This document shows positions 1-15,000 of a stretch of 64,000 bases of DNA, one piece after another. The stretch spans positions 776,930 to 840,929 of the forward strand of contig CP060228.1 in NCBI GenBank assembly GCA_023898565.1, in the 5' to 3' direction. The DNA comes from Candidatus Nomurabacteria bacterium (lineage in GTDB: Bacteria; Patescibacteriota; Minisyncoccia; Phycocordibacterales; UBA918). The notes under the pieces were generated by a model that saw nothing but the letters and a program-made list of their open reading frames with translations, searched no databases and was not told the DNA's origin. The translations under genes and the position numbers were made by a program. Position 1 is the first letter of the stretch. Each line of letters starts with the position of its first letter.

Positions 1-3000
1 ACGCAGAGGATGATTTTGCTTTGCAGACATATTTCCCGAAAGGAGTCGGTGAAGTGAAGAGCCTGGAGGTGTTTAACCAAAACAAAGAACGTGATGCAGT
101 AATTCCTGAATACCATCCCTACGTCTACCACTGTGAAGCCGGCTGGGAGTATGCTGGTGAGTTTGCTCCAGGAACACTACAAGACCTTTCCAAGCAACTT
201 TCAGTTGAATTGCCTACTATGCCAAGTGCACCAGGAGACGCTTCAAGCACTTCTTCGTCCACCAGTGATGCTGTGAGTGAGATACCAACCGAAGCAGTAG
301 CCACTAGCTCTTCTTTTGATGAAGTTGTTGATGCTGAGGCGACAGACTTGTCGACTTCATCAGTGCTCGATATTCTGCCAGAACCAACACCTGCGCCACT
401 TTTCCAAATGTCACTCCTTGCAGGTACAAATACATCAGAAGTGGCAACATCAACTGAGTTACGTGCCTCTTCGGCTGAGGATGATTTTCTTACCGCGGGG
501 TATGCGTGTCGCGAGTCTGGACTCGTGCGTCAGTGTGATGAGCTTGATGGAGGTAACACGTCTTGCCGTGTGAATCGAGTAAAGGTAGCCGACCATGAAA
601 CAATCCAGTACGCACCAGGTTGGGACGCCGTCGCCACAAATGATGGAGTGATGCCAAAGCCAAACATGCTTCGACGCCTGGCTCAGTTCGTTGGTTTTGG
701 CCCGGATCGTAAAGATGTGCCTGATGAGTTTGAGGTTCGTCAGCACTCGGCCGACACCTATCATATCCGCCCGGGCGAAACAATGTACTTCAAGATGGAG
801 CTTGCATTCCCAGCCTTCTCAGAAGGTGAGTATTGGATTGAAGCGGTCGGCGATAGTGAGTATGGGTTGCTTGACCCGTTTTGGTCGTCTGATTGGAGCT
901 ACCGTATGCCGATTACGATCGATAATACAAACGGAACCACTGATCTCACTGAATACCAGGTATTCCTAGAACTCGATAATTCACTGACTGACTTCTGGAC
1001 AAACGTTCAGTCAGACGGTAGTGACATTCGCTTCGCGCAGCAACTTTCTGTCAATAACTTTAGTAATGCTGGCACAGCCAAGAACAACTGGTTTGATACT
1101 TCTTTCGGTGGACGTGTGCCGGTAACTATTCCGCCACTGACAGTCACTAGTGATCAACAAAATTTCCCGGTTTATGTAGACCTTTCACTTTTTGATGCTG
1201 GTTTCTGGAGTGCGGTGAAGACGGATGGTGGAGATATTCGTGTAACGACCAGTGATGGAACAGAGCTGCCGATTGATGTAGTTGAAATTGACACCACAGC
1301 AGAAACGGGTGAACTGCACTTCTTGGCAGATACTCTCGCTGCTAATGCTGCAAATACATTCTATGTGTATTACGACAAGCCAAGCGCCAGTGGGTATGCA
1401 GCTTCTGATCCGTTTGGATCAGAAGCAGTGTGGTCTGGTGCTGGGTACCAAGCGGTGTACCACTTTAGCGACGATCCAACCACAATTGGAAATACACTGA
1501 CCGACGAAACGGGTAATGGAAATAATTTGATTGTCACTACTTCTGCGCAAGCAACCACTACTGGTCAGATGGGTACAGCCTATGACTTCAATGGTTCGGC
1601 TGGGTATTTGTCAGCATCATCATGGACTTTTGATGGTGGTGATCCGCTTGTTACAACCGGTCTCTATAAAATGTCGTCTTCAGATAACTCTGCTATTTGG
1701 CAGTGGGGTACCGGTGCGCAGCCAGATGATATTGAGTTTCGCCCTTGGTATACGGGTGCAGACACAAATGGTTCAGGGCTTCACTATTTTGGAGCTACTG
1801 GCGGCGCGACATATTCGTTTGCTCGTGCTACGTCTTCATGGCATGCATTCGGGACAATCGGTACCACTTCTGCCTCAGACAATAACTTGGTGTACGAAGA
1901 TGGAGTGTTGGTTGAAACAGTTGCTCAAACAGTCGGTAATCCAACCAACACTGATGGTAATGGCTTTAGTGTTGGACGCACAGGCACGAATGGTTGGTGG
2001 GATGGATTGCTTGATGAGCTTCGTATTGCTACAACCACTCGTACTGAGGATCGAGTAAAATGGGAGACGGTCAACCTTTCTGAGCCGACTCACTTCTACG
2101 CCGTGAGCAGCTCTCAAGTGCCAGACAATGCTGCGAATCTCAACTGGTACAGTACTAGCTGGGAGCGGCGTGCGAAGTTCACAATTCCACAGGGGAAGGT
2201 TGAATCAAACCTGACTGATTTTCCTGTCTACGTTGATTTGGCAATGTTTGGCCCCGACTTCTTTGCTGCGGTACAAAATGATGGTGCTGATATCCGCGTT
2301 ACAACTGGCGATGGTGTTACTGAACTGCCGATTGAGTTGGTAGCAATCGACACTGGAGCGAAGACCGGTGAATTGTACTTTAAGACTGATTTATACCGCA
2401 ACGCAGCAAATGATTTTTATGTGTATTACCAAAACGAAGACGCCATTGCCTACGCTCGCACTAATACCTATGGATCAAATAATGTTTGGACCAATGGCTA
2501 CTTGGCGGTGTATCACTTAGAGGAGGATATGGCTGGCGTTAGCAATCTTAATGTCTATCAGGATTCAACTGCCAATCAGTATCATGGAGATGACTACAAC
2601 ACTTCAAATGACAAAACTGGTCTCTTTGGTAAGGGGCAGGAATTTGGTGATGATCAAAATGACTACTTGAGTCTTCCAAATACTGTCTTGGATGGCGTGG
2701 GAGATCTTACCACTTCATGGTGGATGTCTACGGTAAATGGTGGCGCGCAAGGTATCGTGTCTGGCGCAATGGACAATACGGGTGCCGGTGCCAATGAGTA
2801 TATTGTATGGTTTAACTCAAGCACAAATTTTCAGATTTATTATCAAAATGCAGCCGAGTCGTTTGGACTCTCTGATACAATCACAAACATTGATACTGGT
2901 AACTGGAACTACTTCGTGTCTACTGCAGAAGACGCTATCGATGAGGTTAATTTCTATGTAAATGGTGTTGGCGACACCGAAAACCCTGATCCTCAACCAA

Positions 3001-6000
3001 TTGCTCCACTTACGATTGCTAATGGAGGCTTGGTGGTAGGGCAGGAACAAGATGCACTCGGCGGCGGCTTCCAAACTACCCAAAACTTCGAAGGTCAGCT
3101 CGATGAACTGCGCTTTGCAGACGTGGTACGCGATGCTGATTGGGTAGCAACCGAATATGCCAACATGGGTGATGTGACTACCTTCATTGCCACTACTACG
3201 GCTGAAGAACTGAACATTACAGATTTTGTTGAACTTGATTTCTGGTTGCAGCACTTTGACAGTACTGCTGACGAGGCTGATATCTGGCTGCAGGTAGCAG
3301 ATCTTCCGGCGGGAGAAGAAACCGTTATCTACATGTATTACGGTGCGACCGGCGCGTCCTCAGCGAGCGATGAATTGGCTACCTTCTCTTACAGCACATC
3401 GACTGATTTGTACTATGTGGTTGATAATTCCGGCGCAACCAGTATTTCGGTACAGAGTTTGATTGATAATAATCAAGTATCAATTGATGGCGGCGCACCA
3501 GTTATCTTACACCAAGGTGAGCGAACCACCTTCGGTACCTTCACTGCTGCTTCAGTCATTAGTGCCCTTGGTCCAATTTCAGGGACGGTGACTGGATCTG
3601 GTAATGACGGCGGCGACACAATCGTGCCAGTTTCATTTGCCTCTACAACTATGGTAGTTCCAACCAATCGTGCCAACGAAAGTTGGTATCTATATTCGCC
3701 ATTTGCTTCTACCACAGTGCGTTCATACATAGCCAATAGTGGCACTGCAAACCAAACGATCAATATCGCGACCAGTAGCGCGGCTACCATCACGACTAAT
3801 CCTGGTACAAATCAGGGTGTGGTCTTTGAGTCAACGAGTCCAGTGCTGCTCACACAACGTAGTAATACGCCGGGTGACGGAGTGGTGGCATATCCGCCAA
3901 CCTTGCGTGACTTGTACGGTGTCTACTCAAACACTATTTACATTTCAACAGTCACTGACAATCCAAATCCACTGGTAACTTGTTCAGGTGGTGGTAGCGG
4001 AACTGTGTCTGGTATTACGAGAGGTGAGGCGCAATCTGAAACTGTTTGTAGCAATGGATCAGAAGGTGCGGGTAATGCGGTGCGATACCGCAGTCAAACA
4101 TATCCAATTGTTGCTATCCAACAGGCTGACTCCGATGGTAATGAAAGTACAGTGTTCTGGCCACAGCATGAATTTGGTACTCGTTATTACATGACAAATG
4201 ATTCAGCATACGCAGCAATTGTGTGTTCACCACGCTTTGGCGACGTGAACCTTGAAGTGCACGATACTGTTGGCGGTTTAGTTGAAAGCGCTACATGTTC
4301 CCCGGCCGGTAATAATCCAGGAAAAGCTTACTTCACTAATGGTACTGGTAATGGGGACTCGATAAACTTCACAGCAGGTCACGAAATTATTTCCACTAAC
4401 GGTAAACCATTCTACGTAATTTACGAAGATGTGGCGGTTGATCAGGACGAAAAGAATATTTTAGGCTCTGTGCAAGGGCGCAAATTTGATGGTGCTGCCG
4501 ATCGTGCTATAACGTTCGGCGCTGAAGAACCAGCCACTACAATTACATATGACGATAATCACGAGCAGCTTTCATATGCTTGGTACGAGAATACAACAAG
4601 CCAAACACCAACAGTGCGTTGGCCAATTGGTCCGACTGAAGATGCTGAAGAAGGTGTTGCGATTAGTGGTTCTGGTGCGGTTGATGAAGGTGATGTTCTC
4701 CGTCTGCGTCTCAATCTAGCAGTCAGTAGTGCAACCACTACAGCGCAGTCTTCAGCTTTCTCACTACAGTATGCAGCGGCGGCTGGCGTAGGTCAGTGTT
4801 CAGCGGCAGCCGGCTGGACAGATATTGGCGGTGTTGGCAGTACGACCGCGCTCTTTAGTGGGCATGATAACGCAGTGCTTGAAGATGGCACGACCTTGGC
4901 CTCAACCACACTCAGTCAAACAACCGTAGCTGGAACCTACGAAGAAAGAAATTACTCAGATTTCAATCCGTATGAAATCGGTGTTGGTGAAGTGGCAGAA
5001 TGGGATTGGGCTCTTGAAGTGGGTGCTGTCGATATTAATACCACCTACTGTTTCCGTATGATTCGTGCGACAGGAGAAGAGCTTACGACCTACACAGCAT
5101 ACCCAGAGCTTATTACTGTTGGTCCACCAAACGTGCCAACCAATTTAACCTACTTTGATAACGAGCACACAACAGACCTCACTCCTGTACTTGAATTTGT
5201 GGCGGTTGATTTAGCTGGTGATGATATTCAGTATCAGGTGCAAGTAGACGATGATCCTGCGTTCGCGAGTATTGATATTGATCGAAACTCAACTGATCAT
5301 TTTCTTAATTTTGAAAACGTTACCAATCCTCCTGACAAGGCGCCGTTTACTTCAGGCGATTTGATTCGCTTCACATCACCGACAGGGTTAGCTTCGAGTA
5401 CGACGTACTGGTGGCGTGTGCGTGCATCAGACCCAGATGGCTCAGCCACTACGAGTGACTGGTCTACCCCAACGAGCTTCACTACCAACCAAAATCTAGA
5501 GACGAGTGAGTGGTTCCAAACAACTGGCGCGCAGTTCGACACCAACTCTCTCAGCAGCCTTACTACTGCGGCTGGTTCGGTGAGTGTAAGCGGTATTTTG
5601 GGAACTATGGTAGGTACATCAGTAGATTTTGATGATGCAGTGGTTGGAAACGCCTGGGCTGAGGTGGACTGGAATGATACTGAAACATCAGGCGAAATTC
5701 GTGTACAAGTTGAGTATAAAAACGGTGGATCATGGCAACTTATTCCGGATTCGTTAATTCCTTCAAACTCAACCGGTATCAGTACTGCGCCGATTAATTT
5801 ACGAGAGCTTGATACTGATACATATAATGAGCTCCGCCTAGTAGCTACGTTTGACGGTAGTACATTGTCGCTACAGGACTGGACCATTCGCTGGGGCTTG
5901 CGCGTGGAGACGCCGGTTCTGGGTGATTTGTTCGATAATCAAAAAACAGTTGATACCTTGCCAATCTTTGATTTTATCTCTTCAGATCCACAAGGTGATG

Positions 6001-9000
6001 ATCTAGAATACGAAATTTCATTTAGTACGGACAAAACATTTGTCACCGGCAGTAGCACGTATAACTCTGGATCAGATGCCGGTTTTGCCAACCTTTCTAA
6101 TGGTGGTGACACCACTCCGTTTACTTCCGGTGATACGGTCACATACACCACACAGCCTGGCTCACCATTTACAAATGGTGTGACGTATTGGTGGCGTGCG
6201 CGTGCCAAGGACCCGAACGGTGATGATAGCTGGTCTCCGTGGTCACAACCGGATTCGTTCACCGTAGACACGGGCCTTTCGGTTTCGACGTGGTTCCAGA
6301 CCACGCGAGGTCAATTTGAAGAAGGTGAACTAACAGGAACCATCGCAACCACATCTGGTTCTGTGGTAGTAAATGATCTGGTGGGAGAGTACGGCAAGAC
6401 TACGGTGACTAACGGAACGTGGACCACGGTCAATCTCCAATCTGAATACAATACGCCAGTGGTGGTTGCGTCAGGACGCTATACGCCGCTCGGTGATACG
6501 CAGCGCTCAATTCGCGTTCGCAACAAAACAACTACTTCGTTTGAAGTCTTGGCCGACAATTTTGATTCGTCTGTGGGTGGTACCACGGTGGTGGATTACC
6601 TGGTAATGGAAGCTGGAGTATGGAATATCGATGATGGTGGTACTGGTACGCAAGTAATTGCCGGTACGTATGAAGATGTGTCAGATGTACAGGCAAATAC
6701 GTATGCTGCGGCTGGATACGGTGCTGATGTCACATTCTCACCAGCCTTCAGCAGTCCACCAGCAGTGATTGCGACGGTTTCTAGTGATAATGATTCAACC
6801 TGGGTGACCGCTCATTTAAATGATGGAAACACTCGAAATAATCCGCCGACTGCGTCTGCCATGGGCTTGTATCTTGGTCGTGGTTTTGAAAGTGCGGTAC
6901 ACGATCCTGAAGATATCGACTATATTGCATTCGAGACCGGCCATGGAGTCAATAATGGTGCCGAATTCGATGCTGATTTTAGTACTGACAATCACGACGA
7001 GCCTCCGGTGTCTGCTGAAGCATTTACCTCGGCTTTTTCTAGCGCGCCACAAGTGGTAATCGTGATGCAGGCAGCTGAACAGGGCGGCAATGGTGGATAC
7101 GCTGGTCTCTACGCAGCGACACCGCCAACTACTTCTAACTACTATCCATTTATCGATGAGGATGGTACCGGTGCCGACCGCAATCACACCACAGAGCCAG
7201 TTTTAACCTTGGCTTTTGAAGATGTTTCTGGTGTTTTGAAGCGCTACGCTGGCCCGGGCCTCTCAGGTACGATTGCTGGAGAAAACATTATCTTTAGTGA
7301 TGGTGCCGGACCGAAGTACGATAATTTCTCCTGGAATGACTCCACTCCTGGTGGTAGTGATATTTTGTATCAGATTGAATATGAAGTATCTCCAGGAGTG
7401 TATGCGCTAGTGCCAAACACTGCTATTCCAGGCAATAGCGCCGGAACCTCAACCAGTCCAATTGATCTCACCAGTGTTGATATTAATACGTATCCAGTGA
7501 TTCGACCGTTTGCAACACTTACCTGTTCGGGTGGCACCTGTCCACAAATTAACGACTGGCAGCTCGAGTGGAGCGAGGGGGTTAACATGTCTGGTACTCT
7601 TAAAGAGTATGACCGACTTACGGGGGTCGCTACTGGTACAATTCGTGTTGCGGTAGATGGCAGTATTATTCCAAGTACAGGCACCGTGTCTGGTGGTATC
7701 TGGTCAGTGGCCAACGTGACTGCTTTTGCGGGAGAAATAGTAACCGTGTGGGTCGATGGTGCAACTGAATCAGAAGAAGCAGTAGCCGCTTTTGTCTACG
7801 ATGGAACCGGCGACATCACTGGTGTTGAGCTGTTCGAGCAGCATCTCTCTATTTCGGCAGATGAAGAAGCAGTAGTGACAAACGCCTTGCTTGGACAGAA
7901 TGATAATCTTGCACTTGGTGACGAAGACATTTTCTATAACGTAGATGGTTCAAACAATCTGGTGGTTTGTAGTGCTGGTTCATGTTCTGATGCAAATATA
8001 TACGTAGGCCCAGGCAATACATATACACCAGCTTCTGCTGGCGGGGTGTCTGTGTCAACTCATGATGTTATTAACGATGGTTTCTTGGAGCTTGATACCA
8101 ATACCATCAACGTTTCAGGTTCTTGGACGAACAATGCCACTACATCGGTAGATACCTCGACCATAAATCTCACCGCAGCTACAGGCACCGAGTCTGTATA
8201 CAGCGGCGAGAATCCAATGCAGTTTTACAACCTTTCATTTGGTAGCGGTGCCGGAGAGGCCCTCTTTACACTTGCTGCCGGCCTTGATCTCGCGGGTAGT
8301 TTGACTGTGGCAAGTGGTACGCTCGATCGTAGCGATTATGCAATCTCAATTGCAGGTAATCTCACTACAGGAACAGGCGGATTTTGGCAGGGTACAGGCA
8401 CTACCACATTTGACGGCGCCGGTGCTAAGACCTGGCGTGATGACAATCTGCTCACGCAAAAAGTGGGTGATGTGCTTATTGATGGCGCATCAACCAATGT
8501 GACCGCTCTTACAAATGTTGCGGCGTACGACATCACTATTGGTGCCAATGACCGTTTGAATGGCACATCCGGAAAGGTGATTTATGTGGCAGGGGACTGG
8601 ATTAATAATGGTACCTTTACTGCTCAGTCAAGCCGAGTAGAAATCATTGAAGACGATCGCACGTACCCACCGGCGGTGCCTGGTTCTCAGAATTGGTATA
8701 GCGATAGCGCTTTTGATAAGCGTATTATGATCGCGGTTAATCCAGCTGAAGTATCTGCTGATTTGGTAAACTTCCCGCTGTATGTTGATCTCTCAACACT
8801 CGGCACTAATTTTTGGTCAGCTGTCGCAAGTAACGGTCGTGATATTCGCGTTACGAGTGGAGACGGCCAGACCGAGTTGCCACACGATCTTGTGTCGATT
8901 AACACGACTGCAAAAACAGGGGAGTTACACTTCTTGGCGGATGCGGTAGACAGTGCGACCACTACGTATTTCTTCGTGTACTTTGACAATCCAGCCGCTT

Positions 9001-12000
9001 CAGCATATTACCCAACTGATACGTATGGCAGTCAGGCTGTCTGGGCGGAGTATGAAGCGGTGTATCACTTTAGTGACTCTTCGGTTGCGGTGGATAGCTA
9101 CGCCCTTGATGCAACAGCCAATGAGCGTCACCTCTTGATTGAAGGGGCTGCGCTTGCAACATCGACCGGTCGTCTTGGGCAAGGTATCAACCTTATCGGG
9201 TCTACTGGTATCTTGCGTAACGCCGGCTTTACTTGGACAGCGGGCAATCCGCTCGTGACCTCTGGTTGGTACAAGATGCCTGCGTCTAGTAATGAATCAT
9301 TGTGGCAATGGGGTACTGGCGCATCACCAGACAACCTCGAGTTCAGGCCGTGGTACAACACAACGGGTGGTCTACACTACTTTGGTGTGACCAGTGGTGC
9401 GACGTATACACTTACTCCGCGTGATACGGTAAATTGGCTGCACTTTACTACTGTTGGTGCAACCACTACTGGACAGGATAATCTTGTGTACCAAAATGCT
9501 ATTGAAGTTGAGCGTGTGACACAGACGGTAGCAAATCCATATAATGACGCTGCGACCGGACTACAGGTTGGTCGCAACGGTACAGGTGGTTCATTACAGG
9601 CTCAAATTGATGAGTTCCGTATTACTACCAGCCCTCGTAGTGCGGGTTGGGTGCAAGCTGAATACAGTAACCAAAAGACACCTAAAATCTTTTATGCGAC
9701 TACTTCCGTACAAACATACACGCCTGATTTAGTGCTCGATGAAGCAACACACAATATCAAGATGGGTGGTTCAACCTTCTATGATTTGACGATTGATGAT
9801 GCTACCACGTCAGCAGCCTTTATCGATACTGCAGTAACCGTGTCGCGGAACTTCGTTGTAGTAAACGGTGATGTGACACTACCAACGACCCGATTAACCG
9901 TTGGGGGTTCTTTCACAAATACCGGCTACTTCCAGCATAACAATGCAGAAGTACGTTTCACTTCAAACTCACCAGCTTCTATCACGCTAAATGGGACGGA
10001 GTTTTACAATAGTTTCTACAATGTTACTTTCTCTGGAAACGGTACATTCACTTTCCTTGATACAAATGCTACCACCACCAACGACATGAGTATTACGAAA
10101 GGAACCGTTGTGTTCCCAAGCGGCAAGCTTACGATTGGCGGTCACTTGTCGGTAACCGGGACTGGTATTTTCAACGCCAACAACGGTACGGTTGAGTTTA
10201 TTTCTGAAGATAATGAATCAATTACTACTCGGGGATCATCTTTCAATAACGTAGTCTTCGGTGTTAATGAGGGTGGTGATGGTTGGTACAGTGCTGATTG
10301 GAGTGAGCGTGCTGCTATTCGAGTAGCCTCAACCTCTGTGGCTGGTTATATTGCAAATTTCCCAGTGTATGTCGATCTTTCAATGTTGGGTGCGAGTTTC
10401 TGGGGAGGTGTTGCGACCGACGGGCGTGATATTCGCGTTACCAGCGCTGATGGCAAAACAGAGCTGCCGGTTGAAATCGCTGAAATAAGCTATGGTGCAC
10501 AGACGGGTGAATTACACTTCTTAGCGCCAGCCCTCTCACCAATTAGCGATACCACGTTCTACATTTACTTTGATAATACTGACGCGACCGAGCCTGACGC
10601 GGCGAGTCAATATGGCTCTGAAGCTGTCTGGGCGGAGTATGAAGCGGTGTATCACTTTAATGGCGATCCAGTCGAGGGTGTAGCTGACGTTTCTGGCAAC
10701 GGCAGAGACCTTGCTCCGACGGTAGGTACTCCATCAACCACAGCAGGTGTGCTGGGTACTGCGCTTGATACGACAAGTAGTAACGTCATGCTTGAGGACG
10801 CCGATTGGACGTGGACAGCGGGTGAAGATTTGGTGTCATCCGGATTGTACTTCATGACTGGCTTTGACACCGGTGCGCTTTGGGAGTTTGGCTCATCGTG
10901 TGCCACTGACGATTGTCTAGCATTCATGCCGTGGTATGACAATGCGACTCGCGGGTATCATCGTTTTGGTGAGACGAGTGGAAATGATTACAACTTTACT
11001 CGCGACAACTCAAAGTGGCATCACTTTACAACCAATGGACGAGCAACAAATGGTGAGGCAGTTCGTATCTTTGAAGACGGTATTCTTCGCGGCAGCTACT
11101 TGCAGACGGGCACCGGTGAAAACCCAAGTCAGACTGGACTCCAAATTGGTCGATACGTCACTAATACCTACATGGATATCGACATTGATGAGCTTCGCTT
11201 TGCAACTACGACACGCAGCCAGCAATGGATTGTTACCGAGTACAACAACTTAACTGATGTTGACACTTTTTACAGCACATCCACTGAGTCCTATCTAGAT
11301 GTTGTTTCTTCATTCACACTGAACGAAGCGCTAACTGACGTACATGGTGACGTGACCATTTACTACGCAGATCTGGTTGCTCCAACCAATAACTTCACCA
11401 TCGGTGGTTCAGCGCTAAATGTCGGTGGTTCGTATAACCCAAACAATGCGACTACCACGTTTGATAGTACTGACGCTGGCGAAACAGTAGCCTTTGGTGA
11501 TGGTGCGTTTTATAACTTAAGCTTCAACGGCGCTGGAGGAGGCTGGACGATTGCAACGACTACAGTGCTCAATAACGCTTCCTTGGTAACTGGCGCTGAC
11601 TTCACGCTGGCACCAAACACCACCATGTCTGTGGCTGGAACGTTCCAAAACTCTTTCAATTCTGCGGCCACAACGTGGACTGGCAGTACGCTGGTGCTTA
11701 CTGGCGGTGACTACACTGTTACTGACCGTCTCGATTCGGGTGACACCTACGCAAAACTTGTTGTGTCTGGTGATTCTGATTTGGTGATGTGGAATTCTAG
11801 TGCAAGTACCTCAACGGTACTTGATACCTCATCGTTGTATATGCCAGCGTTTGCAGGTACGCCGGGATTGCTACGTATTTATGGTGCGTACGAACGTACA
11901 GCTGGTACTGAGCACTGGAGTTACGATACTGACTTTGACGGCACTGATCTCACTGGCGGTGGTGAGCGGCCGGCGACTGTTGAGATTGGTCGTGGTAGCA

Positions 12001-15000
12001 GCATTTACCTAGCAACCAGCACCACACTTTCTGTGCAAGGTGCAGCAGGGGCGACCACTACAGTGAGCGCAATTTCAGGTATTTATTCACTTAATGTAAA
12101 TGCCGGAACTGCTGATATTGCCTACGCTTCATTCCAAAACGTTGGTCCGAAAGGTCTGTATCTAACCAACGGCACAGTACTCAGCAGCCTTACTGCCACT
12201 GAATTTTCAATAGCGGGAGGACGGAGCGGTATCACGGTCGATGCTGCAACGGTGAATGCACAACCGTCAACTGAGTACACCAATGTCACATTTGGTACTT
12301 CAAGCGCCAATAGTGTGTATGAGCCAGCTTGGACTGATCAGGTCGTGATTACTCTGCAGTCAAGTGTTATTCCAGGAGATTTATCAAACTATCCAGTGTA
12401 CGTTGATCTTTCAACCCTCGGCAGTTCATTCTGGAGCGGGGTGCAGAGTGATGGTCGCGATATTCGTGTAACGACAGATAATGGTACGAAGTTACCGATT
12501 GATCTCGTGGAGATTGACGCATCTGCGCAAACGGGTGAACTGCATTTCTTGGCTTCAAGTATTTCGTCAAATAACGATACTTCATTCTATATTCACTTTG
12601 GCAATCCGGCTGCCACTGCGTATGCTGCAGATGACACGTACGGTGCTAATGCAGTATGGACTGACTATGAAGCGGTGTACCACTTTAATGAGGATCCGAC
12701 AGTGCAGATTACAGATATGACAGGCAACGGTCGGAACTTGTATGCAACGGTTGGTACCCCGGCTACTACCACTGGTCTTATTGGTACAGCACTTGATACG
12801 ACGGCTAGCAATGTTCGGCTTGAGAATGTTGGCTGGACCTGGCAAGCGGGAGATGACCTAGTGTCGTCTGGTCTGTACTTCATGAGTGGTAATGATACGG
12901 GCGCGCTGTGGCAGTTTGGTACTGGTAACGGAGCTGATAACGGTACGTATCTATCGTTCATGCCTTGGTACAACACTGCAACACGTGGCTACAACCGCTT
13001 TGGTGTGACCAGTGGTAGTGATTATGACTTTGCTCGTAATAGCACCATTTGGCACCACTTTACTACCAACGGTCGAGCGACGGCTGGTGAAAGTATTGAT
13101 ATTTATGAAGATAATTTACTGCAGGATTCGGTTACACAGCTTGGCTCTAGTGAAAATCCAACGAACACAGGCTTGCGAATTGGCGCGTATCAGTCAACTA
13201 CCTACATGGATATTGATGTTGATGAGCTCCGTTTCTCAACCGACCCTCGGTCAATTGATTGGATTGATGTGGAGTACCGCAACTTCACTGACCCGACCAG
13301 CTTGTACGCTACCAGTACTGCTTTGACTGATTCATTTAACGTGTCGGTCATTGGTGTGCCAACCACCTTCTGGCTATTTTCTGCTGGGACTGGTAACCGC
13401 TACGGTGAAGCATTTGATAACGACGATGGAGACCCGGGTTCAATCCAGTGGGATGATAGTAACTTCTCAATTACCATTTCTGGTGTGGTGTACAACGACG
13501 ATGGAACTACTCCGGCAACAGCACCGCTTTGTAATGCTTCAACTGAGGTGGTCACTGTGGTGCTTGATGGAGTTGATACATACACTGCAGCCTGTGATCC
13601 GCGTGACGGTAGTTTTGAAGTCACTGGCATTGTCTACACCGGCGAGCCAGAAATTGTCACGTACATCAGTAGTTCTGCCGCAACGCCACAAACAAACGTT
13701 GCGATTTACGACGAAACTACCGGTACCGGCACAGTGTCTGGTGGAGTCATGACTGTCGCACGACCAAATGTGATTGATGGTTCGGTGTTAGTCTTGATTG
13801 CTGGTAAAGACGATGACCCAACTATAATGGCAGCAGGAGGCTGGACACAGATAGATGTGCTCGGAAATACAACGGGTGACCAAATTGACACAGGCGCCTG
13901 GTACCGTGTGGTCGCTGACGCTGGCACTGAAGCAGCCACGTATGATTTTCCAGCAGACAATGGTGAAGGCTACAGCTACTGGATGGGAACGCTCATCAAT
14001 GTTGATACTAGTACTCCGATTGATGTTGCTAGCACTTGGTCAAAACTGCAAAATCAGTACGATCCGGCGGCACCAAGTATTACTACAGTGACAGACGGTG
14101 CGTTGGTACTGGGTGCGTGGTACACCTATCGAGACACTGAAATGATTACTCCAGTGTATGGCTGGTCTGACCGAGGGAAGAATATCGTTGGTCCAGAAAC
14201 AAACAACCTTAGTGTTTCTTCTAAGTCAATGCTCACTCAAGGTGCAACCGGTGCAGCGACGACAAGTGGCATTATTTCCAGTCGAGAAACGCACGTGGCG
14301 CAATTTGCCTTCAGGCCAGCCAGCGCACCAACTGCAACGAGTTCAATCGTAGCTGCGGCTGTTACTAAGACTCCGCTTGGTAACACTGGCTTGCCGTACG
14401 ACACAATTACGCTTCGGGATCAGACAAGTGCGTATGGTACAGCTGCTGCTGCTGCAAATATCGTTGTTACACGCCCAGAGATTGAAAATGGTGATGTGAT
14501 GGTATTGATAGTAGGAAAGGAAGATGACTTCAACATCACTCCACCAGCAGGTTGGGTCTTGGGTGACGAACGTATTGAAGCGACGGGAAATGATATGTAT
14601 ACGGCAATTTGGTATCGAGTGGTTGGAAACGCTGGGGCAGAACCAAGTACGTATGATTTTGTAAACAACGATACTACAACTGAAGAGTATTCATACTGGA
14701 TTGGTTCGTTCTCTGGTGTTGACACGAATAATGTCTTCGACGTTACGCCGGCATGGTCTAATTTGCAGAATGACTCTTCTCCAGCCGCGCCGGCTGTCAC
14801 TACTGCTTCTGATGGCGCCTATGTACTGGCCACGTGGTATGTAATCGACGATGGCGCAATGGACATGCCTGGGTCACCGTGGATCACACTGGCGCAAGAC
14901 GTGGTAACAAACAACCGCCTTCTTGCGGTAGCTGGTCGCTACATGGCAACAAATGGCAACACCGGAGCAGCGGTTATGACTGGTGGTAGCACTGATGATG

